DNA of 13,930 nucleotides from a virus (Duplodnaviria; Heunggongvirae; Uroviricota; Caudoviricetes): IMG/VR virus record IMGVR_UViG_3300015157_000063, positions 1 to 13,930 of that record; one strand, 5' to 3'. Shown piece by piece: positions 7,412 to 13,930 of this stretch (position 1 is its first letter; each line of letters starts with the position of its first letter). The notes under the pieces were generated by a model. It saw only the letters and a program-made list of their open reading frames with translations, ran no database searches and was not told where the DNA came from. The position numbers and the translations under genes were made by a program.

Positions 7412-9016
7412 CTATTCCTTCTGACCCAGCGCATTTTTACGCATGGACAGTGCCAGGGCATTGGTGCTGGACATCAGCCAGACCGCACCGGTGGGCTGCA
7501 GGTTTGCTGCCACAAACTGTCCAAACGCAGCCTCTGCATCCGCATCCGGGTTACCGGTTGATGCCGTGCCCTTCACATCATGGGTGATGGACGCCGGGGA
7601 GACATCTGCCACTGCGGCTTTTTTCGGGTCCACAAAGTCTGTATCCAGACGCGCCACCACCGCTTCCGCCAGCGCATTACGGACCAGTGCATCAGCAGCC
7701 GGACTGGAAAAACGGATCAATTCTTCCGTCAGTACCGCAATGGCCGACACCTTCGCATGACTGAAGGTGATGGATTCAAAATCAAACTTCGTCAGGGGTT
7801 TTGCCTTACCCTCACCCACCCAGCCGGCAGCACCGCCGGACACCTGGGCGTGCACACGGATATTGAACGGCACCTGACGAAGTGCAGGGATCCCGCCCTG
7901 ACCAAATCGCCCGATAATGGTCTGCGGACGCAGGTAATCAATAAAGTCCTGTGCGTATTCCTGATATTCAGACAGGCTGCCTGCCCACTGCGGATCCGTG
8001 GTGGTCCCCGCGCCCACTGCCGATTTCAGGACATGATGCAGACGACTGTCATCCGGATACTGACGACGGGCCACTTCCAGGGCTTCAGATCGGACGCCTT
8101 TAGCCGCAGCCAGCGATTTGGCAAAGCGGGCGAAGCCAATCCCCTTATCCAGTTTCTGCTCCACACGGATCACCGGCGCAGAAGCCACCGCGGCCACATT
8201 CCCGTTACCGGCCTGTTTCACCGGCTGCGCCGTGGCGGCCTTACCGGCTTCCAGTTCACGCAGGCGCTTCAGGTGCGCATCCACCTGACGGATTTCCGCT
8301 GCGGTGTTGTCGTAATGCTCTTCCTCCTCCACATCCAGCGTGCGCCCTTCCTCTGCGGCTTTGGTCATGACCTCCTCAAGGGAGGCTGCCAGCGCTGCAC
8401 GCTTGTTTTCAAAACTTTTAATCTGTTCGCCAATATTCATTATGGTCTTTTCCTTATGAAAAACGGTTGTTGACTGTGCCGCAGCGCCGGCAGAAGATGC
8501 GATTTTCACCACCGGTTTCCGGTTGCCGGACGCGGCAGAAAACGGGCGGTCGTAAGATTTAATGGTCCGGATGGTGCATTCCGCATTCGCGGGCACGGTG
8601 ACGGCAGACACCTCCATCAGTTCCCAGCGCAGAAAATGCAGTCCGCCTCCGTCCAGAAAGGTGTATTCATGGGGACGGAAGCCCACGGACAGCCCCCTGA
8701 CCAGCCCGGTCTTAATGGCCGCCCAGACCTCATCCAGCCGGGCAGCCAGTTGCGACGGCATATCCGGTACGGGCTTCACCAGTGTTGCCGTGATTTCCAG
8801 CCCTTCGCTGACCCGGCGCACCGTACACTGCCCCACCGGGCGGGAATGGTCATGCTGCCAGAGAAACGGGATCGCACTGCCAAACTCCGCGCCCTCCGGC
8901 TCCAGGATGTCACCATCCCGATCCGGAGAAGGCGTTGACGCAATCCCGGTGATCACTCGTTCATCCTCACTGAAGGATTTCACCGTCAGCAGGGAACAGG
9001 CCCGTTTAAGAGTCAC
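7412..9016 (-). CDS. fused prohead protease (S78, HK97 family) - scaffold-like coiled coil - HK97-fold major capsid protein; capsid domain probably C-terminally truncated
   Basis: N-terminus has protease motifs (GDILEPEGAEFG, WQHDHSRPVG, GLSVGF, EVSAVTVPANAEC); residues ~190-260 are a charged coiled coil; C-terminal ~250 aa are HK97-like capsid sequence ending about 20 aa after the VWLMSSTNALAL motif. GTG start with AGGAGG 5 nt upstream. Confidence 0.75.
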   Translation of the reverse strand: MTLKRACSLLTVKSFSEDERVITGIASTPSPDRDGDILEPEGAEFGSAIPFLWQHDHSRPVGQCTVRRVSEGLEITATLVKPVPDMPSQLAARLDEVWAAIKTGLVRGLSVGFRPHEYTFLDGGGLHFLRWELMEVSAVTVPANAECTIRTIKSYDRPFSAASGNRKPVVKIASSAGAAAQSTTVFHKEKTIMNIGEQIKSFENKRAALAASLEEVMTKAAEEGRTLDVEEEEHYDNTAAEIRQVDAHLKRLRELEAGKAATAQPVKQAGNGNVAAVASAPVIRVEQKLDKGIGFARFAKSLAAAKGVRSEALEVARRQYPDDSRLHHVLKSAVGAGTTTDPQWAGSLSEYQEYAQDFIDYLRPQTIIGRFGQGGIPALRQVPFNIRVHAQVSGGAAGWVGEGKAKPLTKFDFESITFSHAKVSAIAVLTEELIRFSSPAADALVRNALAEAVVARLDTDFVDPKKAAVADVSPASITHDVKGTASTGNPDADAEAAFGQFVAANLQPTGAVWLMSSTNALALSMRKNALGQKE

Positions 9017-9026
9017 ATCAGCCTCC

Positions 9027-9054
9027 TGAAAATAAAAAAACCGCCGGAGCGGTT
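9027..9054 (-). terminator. intrinsic terminator between TerL and the protease-capsid gene
   Basis: Minus strand AACCGCTCCGGCGGTT followed by TTTTTTTATTTT, then the protease Shine-Dalgarno. Confidence 0.55.
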
Positions 9055-9079
9055 CGTGATGGTTACAGTGTGAACAGGG

Positions 9080-10741
9080 TTATATGAAAAAAACCGCATA
9101 TTCTTTCTTTTTCGGTTCCGGGTTAAGGGACATCAGGGAGACCGCATTGAACAGCGCCATCAGCGGGTCAATTTTTCCCCGTCCACTGGCCTGTTTGGTG
9201 ATAAGAATGGCGTTACCTTTAGGCTCCACCCGGGCATTGCCGACACACCAGGCCATCAGGGGCTGGTCACCATGCACCAGCACCCCTTCAGCCAGTTTGC
9301 GCTCGGTGGTTTTAATGGCCCCGCCCAGTTTCCAGCCCTGGCTTATCCCCACCACAATTCCGTCGGGGATCCCGGCTTCCGCCAGTGAATCCAGAATCTG
9401 CCCCACCCCTGACGGGTCAATACCGATATGGTCCAGTAACTCAGCCTCATGAATGCGACGCACATATTCCGCCACTTCCGCCGTGTCATCCCCGACACGC
9501 CGGACAATGGTCATATCTCCACAGGCAACAAGATCCTGAAACCGGGACGCCTCGCTCTTCCGTCGGACCACCGCGGTTTCATGCGCCCAGGCATGGCCCC
9601 AGCCCAGCCATTCGCGGGTCTCCCGGTCACGCCCAATCACATACATCCCCAGCAGATCATCCAGCCCTCCGCCGTCAATCCCCACCGTCACCACATCAGC
9701 ACGACGCAGGATATCGTCCAGGCTGATACAACGGCCCTGCTCTTCCCAGAAATCAGCCCCCGCCCAGCGGTCAGAGCGCAGGGCAAGACCAATTTCCACA
9801 TTGGCGTGTTTTGACATGAACCCCCGGAATGTCTCTTCACCGGCTTCCCGGGCTTTACGGTACTCCCAGTACAGAAAGGCCTCATCCACTGAATAGCCGA
9901 GATTAGGATTGACCATGGCGAGGTTTTCCATCAGCAGGTGAGCCCCGCTTTCCACCATTTCAGGAGGGTGTTCAAATATCACCGGCAGAAAGTGCGGATC
10001 ATGAATTTTGCCGTCGCGCACATCCCGGGCGTACTGCAGTTTCTGTCTGAACACCCCGGCGGGCGGTTCATTCGACTGGGTGGTCGTATACACCACAAAC
10101 CCTTCCGGGCGGGAGGCAAGGCCGCCTATGGCTTCACGTAACATGTCCTCCGCCTTGCACTGCTTGCCAAACAGCCACAACTCATCAATCAGCGTACCCA
10201 CGGACTTGATACCGGACACCGTATTCGGATCGGCTGCCACCACCTTCAGGGTGGTGTCTGTCACCCGGTGGGTGATGGTCCGGATATGGGTCTGTACCTG
10301 GCAGAGATCATCCAGATCATCGTCACGTCGTACCATATCCCGGGCAGGGTTGAAGGCGTTGGCCGCCACCTCCACAGTCGGGGCCAGAATCGTGTAACCC
10401 GCCGCCTGCCGCCAGTTCAGTAACAGTGCAGTCATCATGATCCCCGCGGCCAGCGTGGACTTCGAGTTTTTCTTGGGGATAAGGATAAAAACTTCCTTGA
10501 TATGGCGTACACCGGTCTGCGCATCGTAGGAGCCAAACAGGGCCGCCACCAGGTCAAACACCCACGGTGCACAGGACTCCCCGAACGTAGGGCTACCAGG
10601 TGCATCCACAATCCGCAGTTGTTTAAAAATCGCCAGGGCATGTGCGGCCTCGTCCGGATAAATCGGATCCGGAATAATCGACAGCCCCTTTTTCAGGCGC
10701 TCTGCCCAGTCCGGGCAGGCTGTGCTCCATACAGGTATCAT
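9080..10741 (-). CDS. terminase large subunit (Terminase_1 / HK97-type)
   Basis: 553 aa; Walker A-like LIPKKNSKSTLAAG near the N-terminus, acidic nuclease-type C-terminal half; start overlaps the TerS stop. Confidence 0.85.
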   Translation of the reverse strand: MIPVWSTACPDWAERLKKGLSIIPDPIYPDEAAHALAIFKQLRIVDAPGSPTFGESCAPWVFDLVAALFGSYDAQTGVRHIKEVFILIPKKNSKSTLAAGIMMTALLLNWRQAAGYTILAPTVEVAANAFNPARDMVRRDDDLDDLCQVQTHIRTITHRVTDTTLKVVAADPNTVSGIKSVGTLIDELWLFGKQCKAEDMLREAIGGLASRPEGFVVYTTTQSNEPPAGVFRQKLQYARDVRDGKIHDPHFLPVIFEHPPEMVESGAHLLMENLAMVNPNLGYSVDEAFLYWEYRKAREAGEETFRGFMSKHANVEIGLALRSDRWAGADFWEEQGRCISLDDILRRADVVTVGIDGGGLDDLLGMYVIGRDRETREWLGWGHAWAHETAVVRRKSEASRFQDLVACGDMTIVRRVGDDTAEVAEYVRRIHEAELLDHIGIDPSGVGQILDSLAEAGIPDGIVVGISQGWKLGGAIKTTERKLAEGVLVHGDQPLMAWCVGNARVEPKGNAILITKQASGRGKIDPLMALFNAVSLMSLNPEPKKKEYAVFFI

Positions 10742-11301
10742 CCGTTGCCCTCATTATCGTTATTCACCACCAGTCGGGGTGGCGGTGGCACCGCAAAACG
10801 GTTAGCCGCTTTTTTCGCGGCATCACCTTTTGCCGATTTTTTCCCGGTATCCCCTTTTTTATGGTGCGTGAACTGCGCCAGACGCCAGGCCGCATCCAGT
10901 GCCAGTTTCGGATCAATGCAGAGGTTTTCCACCAGGATCCGCCCCATGGCTTTCACCGGATCGGGAAGACCATCCTCCATATATTCAATACCAGGAGACA
11001 TCACCGCGGACGGTGGCATCTCCGGATTGTTTTCGTCCGGCTGTGGTATTGCAGCCGCCTCACGGCGACGGGGTTTATCCTCCTGCTCTGATTTTTTCTG
11101 CCGGTAAACAGGAACCTCATCCACCTCCACCGTCTCGCATTGTTTACGGGCTATAAACGCAAGCACCTCCGGATCTTTTGCCAGCTGCGAGCCTTTAACC
11201 CTGGCGGTCTTCGCCGAATAACCGGCGGCAATGGCTGACGCTGTTTTGTTTTTCCCGGACATGAGCGCCAGCGCAAATTTTCGTTTTTGCGTTGTCAGCA
11301 C
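10738..11301 (-). CDS. terminase small subunit
   Basis: 187 aa; N-terminal helix-turn-helix-like region (KRKFALALMSGKNKTASAIAAGYSAKTARVKGSQL), proline/charge-rich C-terminus; sits between the HNH gene and TerL. Confidence 0.65.
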   Translation of the reverse strand: MLTTQKRKFALALMSGKNKTASAIAAGYSAKTARVKGSQLAKDPEVLAFIARKQCETVEVDEVPVYRQKKSEQEDKPRRREAAAIPQPDENNPEMPPSAVMSPGIEYMEDGLPDPVKAMGRILVENLCIDPKLALDAAWRLAQFTHHKKGDTGKKSAKGDAAKKAANRFAVPPPPRLVVNNDNEGNG

Positions 11302-11375
11302 AGCCTCCTCCCGGGTCCAGAACGCACTCAGCCGGGTATGGTTCAGCCCATTTTTCCCGGCGTCTCATGCCGCAA

Positions 11376-11497
11376 ATGTTAACTGCTGCCTGGTTAACAT
11401 TTGCTGAAAAAGCCTGTTAACATTTTTTCCGCACAACAAACTGAATAATAAAGATAAAAACCGCAAAAATGCCCGGGCAGCCAGTTAACATGTTAAC
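11376..11497. promoter_or_regulatory. cluster of five GTTAAC-centred palindromic repeats in the HNH-TerS intergenic region (candidate cosB / TerS-binding sites)
   Basis: ATGTTAACTG, GGTTAACATTTG, TGTTAACATTTT and AGTTAACATGTTAACTG within ~120 bp, in the position where cos lies in HK97-type phages. Confidence 0.45.
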
Positions 11498-11589
11498 TGC
11501 CCTGAAACGGGAATTTTTTCTCTGCGTGAGAGGGGCGCGGTGTCCAAAGCGATCGTTTTTTACGCCGGATGATACCCCCCCGGGTTGGG

Positions 11590-11955
11590 TTACAGTCCGA
11601 TGATGTCGTCCTCTCTGCCACTACCTCCGGACACCTCCGGCAGCGTCGGGTCCGGCATACCACTCGCCGCTTCACGAGCAGACTTTTGTCGATGGCATTC
11701 GGCACAGAGCGTCCAAAGATTCGTCTCCTCATTACCACCACCGAACTGAAGTGCAATTCGGTGATCGAGTTCACTGTCACAGAGGTCAACCACACGACCA
11801 CAGATACAGCACTGCCCGGCGTCCCTCAGCCAGATATGACGCTTGAGGGAAACACGTGCACTGCCACTGACACGACGCTGCTCCCCCTTCAGAATATTCA
11901 CCCGTCGGGTATTCAGTGTTTTGATTCTGCTCTGGAGTGTACGAAGCTCAGCCAT
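11590..11955 (-). CDS. HNH endonuclease (terminase-associated)
   Basis: CCICGRVVDLCDSELDHRIALQFGGGNEETNLWTLCAECHRQKS: Cys pairs plus the His/Asn residues of the HNH motif; adjacent to the putative cos region and TerS. Confidence 0.85.
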   Translation of the reverse strand: MAELRTLQSRIKTLNTRRVNILKGEQRRVSGSARVSLKRHIWLRDAGQCCICGRVVDLCDSELDHRIALQFGGGNEETNLWTLCAECHRQKSAREAASGMPDPTLPEVSGGSGREDDIIGL

Positions 11956-11996
11956 GTAAAATCCCCGTCATATGGCAATCAGTAAAGGAAATAAAT

Positions 11997-12197
11997 ATGT
12001 CATCGAAAAACCGGACCCGCAGAACCACAACCCGCAATATCCGTTTCCCCAATCACATAATTGAACAGATCAACATCGCCCTTGAGCATAAAGGGTCCGG
12101 TAACTTTTCAGCGTGGGTTATTGAAGCCTGCAGGAGAAGGCTGGCAACAGATGCAACGCATCTGCGCCCGGCCAGCATGACAAATAACGAGAAATGA
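11997..12197 (+). CDS. small DNA-binding-like protein, YlcI/YnfO (DUF3950)-like; only plus-strand gene in the late region
   Basis: Internal ATG at 11997 with AAAGGA Shine-Dalgarno; MSSKNRTRRTTTRNIRFPNHIIEQINIALEHKGSGNFSAWVIEACRRRL... resembles the DLP12/Qin YlcI/YnfO family as recalled. Confidence 0.5.
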   Translation: MSSKNRTRRTTTRNIRFPNHIIEQINIALEHKGSGNFSAWVIEACRRRLATDATHLRPASMTNNEK

Positions 12198-12395
12198 ACG
12201 TTCGGTTTCTTCCACCATCGCACCGGACAGGCGACTATGAGGGGACAACGCCGCGCTCCGTTAACGCGGTAAACCCCGGTGTGTATCGTTTTTGATTATC
12301 CCCGCACACTCGCGCAGAGGAGTCTCCCTGTCGGGCTGCGGTCTCTGTTAATGCAGGAATACGGCGACAATACCGCGCATGGATAATAAGGTCGC

Positions 12396-12620
12396 TCAAC
12401 ACACTGGTTGTAATGCAGCGGATACCATGCGGCATTTAGCGGCATTCATCGTACACTCCACGGTTAGCTCTTCATTCGTGGCATTCACCTGAAAGGTCCG
12501 GGAGTGTAATTGCGTACATTTACCACTGAACGAACCTTCAACAAGAACACGACCACGCTGCAAAATACGGAACGGAATTGTTCCCTGAAAAGGTTCTACG
12601 GTTACCCGTAATTTCTTCAT
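12396..12620 (-). CDS. hypothetical 74-aa protein, translationally coupled to Rz
   Basis: ATGA start/stop overlap with Rz; strong GGAGGA Shine-Dalgarno 5 nt upstream; [34 protein letters not shown]... has no motif I recognise. Confidence 0.5.
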   Translation of the reverse strand: MKKLRVTVEPFQGTIPFRILQRGRVLVEGSFSGKCTQLHSRTFQVNATNEELTVECTMNAAKCRMVSAALQPVC

Positions 12621-13111
12621 GTATCCTCCGGATAATAAAAAGCCAGCTTAGTGCACTGAGTGCGGATATATTCCTGCGCCCCTTCCAGCTGCTTCTGCAT
12701 TGTCATCAACCGTTCTCTGAGGATGAAATAATCCCGTTCAGCGGTGTCTGCCAGTCGGGGGCCGGTTGCATTATCCACGCTGGAGGTGCCGGTGGCTTCA
12801 CGCACGGTACCGGGGCAGGTGGCGTTGACCCGCAGGCGCTTACGACCAGCGGCAACATCAGCGCGCAGAGTTTCATTTTCAGCTCTCGCATCGGCTAATT
12901 CCTTCGTGTATCTGGCATCAAGCGCAGCGACATCTCGCTGGCGCTGCTGCATGTCAGTAATAGTGGCATTCGCCAGTTTCAGCTCACTGACTTTTTTATC
13001 GCGCTGCGCTTTGTAGGTGATGGCGTTATCGCGGTAATGATTCAGCCCCAGACTAAGCACACCACAGGCTACCAGCATGACAATAATCACCACACACAGA
13101 ACACGGTTCAT
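12617..13111 (-). CDS. Rz: i-spanin Rz
   Basis: From the internal ATG at 13111: [39 protein letters not shown]...[42 protein letters not shown]... is near-colinear with lambda Rz. Confidence 0.85.
   Translation of the reverse strand: MNRVLCVVIIVMLVACGVLSLGLNHYRDNAITYKAQRDKKVSELKLANATITDMQQRQRDVAALDARYTKELADARAENETLRADVAAGRKRLRVNATCPGTVREATGTSSVDNATGPRLADTAERDYFILRERLMTMQKQLEGAQEYIRTQCTKLAFYYPEDT
12706..12891 (-). CDS. Rz1: o-spanin Rz1 lipoprotein, embedded in Rz in another frame
   Basis: [61 protein letters not shown]; lipobox VSAC, proline-rich, very close to lambda Rz1. Start may be the ATG at 12876. Confidence 0.8.
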   Translation of the reverse strand: MRELKMKLCALMLPLVVSACGSTPPAPVPCVKPPAPPAWIMQPAPDWQTPLNGIISSSENG

Positions 13112-13112
13112 A

Positions 13113-13199
13113 TCACCACCAACGGATTGCCCAGACCAGAACAGCAATGGCCACAATACGAATGGCAAATGCCATTGCCCGAATAAGTTCAGCACTCAT
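13113..13199 (-). CDS. 28-aa hydrophobic peptide ([28 protein letters not shown]), paralogue of the C-terminus of the upstream ORF
   Basis: Stop overlaps the Rz start; aligns with DISRALAFAIKWVAVGIAV of 13211..13333 with mostly synonymous DNA differences. No clear Shine-Dalgarno. Confidence 0.3.
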   Translation of the reverse strand: MSAELIRAMAFAIRIVAIAVLVWAIRWW

Positions 13200-13210
13200 C
13201 TTTTTAAAGT

Positions 13211-13461
13211 TCACGATTTCAGCGCAATGACCAGTTTTGCCAGCCCATACAGCATCGGAGACACAGCAATACCAACAGCCACCCACTTAATAGCAAAAGC
13301 CAGCGCTCTGCTGATGTCATCAGTCACTGTCACCCCAGCAGCCCCGACGAAGACAACATCACCCAGGCGAGGGACAGAAAAAGAGCAACCAGCATTAGTG
13401 AAAATGAAATACCGACAATCACACACAGGACCTTTGCCGGCGTTATGAGTTTGTCTGACAT
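13211..13461 (-). pseudogene. small membrane protein (~83 aa if joined), split by a frameshift at a G4 tract near 13333
   Basis: ATG at 13461 with AAGGGG Shine-Dalgarno gives MSDKLITPAKVLCVIVGISFSLMLVALFLSLAWVMLSSSGLLG-stop; the adjacent frame continues VTVTDDISRALAFAIKWVAVGIAVSPMLYGLAKLVIALKS. A one-base change in GGGG would join them. Confidence 0.35.
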
Positions 13462-13463
13462 AG

Positions 13464-13559
13464 CTACCCCTTAATTGCCACAATTAACTGGGATACTACC
13501 CATAAAAAAGGGATGCTCCAGACCAGCAAAAATTTCCAGTTTGGTAATTGACTAATCAT
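13464..13559 (-). CDS. 31-aa hydrophobic peptide (MISQLPNWKFLLVWSIPFLWVVSQLIVAIKG)
   Basis: Internal ATG of ORF 13464..13676 with GGGAG 9 nt upstream; the longer ORF N-terminus overlaps the terminator at 13635-13664. Confidence 0.3.
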   Translation of the reverse strand: MISQLPNWKFLLVWSIPFLWVVSQLIVAIKG

Positions 13560-13634
13560 GAGTCGCAACTCCCTAATCAGTTTGCTAAAATCAATCAAGG
13601 CAGCCTCCCATAGCTTACTGCCATAAAAACAAAA

Positions 13635-13664
13635 CCCCGCTTGCTGCCAACAAACGGGGTTTTT
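13635..13664. terminator. bidirectional intrinsic terminator downstream of the endolysin
   Basis: CCCCGCTTG / CAAACGGGG stem flanked by A-run and T-run (AAAACCCCGCTTGCTGCCAACAAACGGGGTTTTTACTTTT). Confidence 0.55.
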
Positions 13665-13753
13665 ACTTTTATTCACTTAGTTTTTGTCAGTTCGCAGGAT
13701 TTCGTGTTATCCGTCCGTGTAAGCAAACCGCATTTTTCAGCAAAATATTCTGC

Positions 13754-13930
13754 TTATCTGTCGATACCCCAGCACGCCAGCGCGCTCTCCTGGTCACGAC
13801 GGGATACCTGACCGTAGCAGTTGTTTGAACGAATACGGCAGTCTCTGCCACCGTCCTTAATCCACCAGCGAATCGCCTCACACGCTCCCCTGCGATCACC
13901 TGCATTAATTCGTTTATAAAACGTCGACGG
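13754..13930 (-). CDS. endolysin, GH24 T4-type lysozyme family (RrrD / P21 R-like), C-terminal 58 codons only; 5' end outside the window
   Basis: Minus-strand frame from 13930 reads PSTFYKRINAGDRRGACEAIRWWIKDGGRDCRIRSNNCYGQVSRRDQESALACWGIDR-stop, matching the RKIN.GD..GAC...RRW...R.E.E..C.WG C-terminus of this lysozyme family. Absent from the ORF track because no start codon lies in the window. Confidence 0.65.
   Translation of the reverse strand, partial: PSTFYKRINAGDRRGACEAIRWWIKDGGRDCRIRSNNCYGQVSRRDQESALACWGIDR

Noticed and set aside
7298-9814. Plus-strand ORFs 7298..7561, 7345..7587, 7443..7760, 7580..8473, 8562..9029, 8636..8938, 9084..9452, 9385..9726 and 9449..9814
   Set aside because: Antisense to the protease-capsid and TerL genes; no motifs or ribosome-binding sites.
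10435-11156. ORFs 10435..10641 (-), 10502..11107 (+), 10861..11091 (+) and 10899..11156 (+)
   Set aside because: Overlap or lie antisense to TerL and TerS; low-complexity translations.
12617-13195. Rz starting at the ORF-track start (192 aa)
   Set aside because: The N-terminal 28 residues have no counterpart in lambda Rz and overlap the upstream small ORF; the internal ATG at 13111 gives the expected N-terminal transmembrane segment.
13464-13676. Full-length 70-aa minus-strand ORF
   Set aside because: Its first ~15 codons coincide with a strong hairpin and T-tract terminator; only the internal 31-codon ORF with its own Shine-Dalgarno is plausible.
13687-13905. Minus-strand 72-aa ORF in the ORF track
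   Set aside because: Its translation is Arg-rich and featureless; an overlapping minus-strand frame with no start codon inside the window gives a clear lysozyme C-terminus, so the tracked ORF is the wrong frame.
1-13930. CRISPR arrays, tRNA/rRNA genes, IS elements
   Set aside because: No regularly spaced repeat-spacer arrays, no cloverleaf-like segments and no transposase ORFs or terminal inverted repeats were seen; the only repeats are the 137-bp direct pair and the 26-bp invertase sites.

Overview
This window is the late region of a degraded lambdoid (HK97-type head, lambda-type tail tip) prophage of an Enterobacteriaceae host, almost entirely transcribed on the minus strand. Reading right to left: a 5'-partial T4-type endolysin, a cluster of small hydrophobic ORFs, Rz/Rz1, a coupled 74-aa ORF, a divergent plus-strand YlcI-like gene, HNH endonuclease, a putative cos region with palindromic ATGTTAACAT repeats, TerS, TerL, a fused prohead protease-major capsid ORF, tail-tip genes M, L and a 3'-altered K, a lambda Stf-like side tail fibre, Tfa, and an inverted alternative tfa'/stf' cassette bounded by gix-like crossover sites. 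The neighbouring Pin-family invertase is a pseudogene, so the tail-fibre switch is probably locked. Further left are an AT-rich methyltransferase cargo gene flanked by ~137-bp direct repeats, a tfa 3' fragment, a small ORF and a Lom/Ail-like gene remnant. No portal, head-tail connector, tail tube, tape measure, I or J genes are present, and junctions consistent with deletions are visible. All calls rest on reading translations and motifs by eye; no database search was run.
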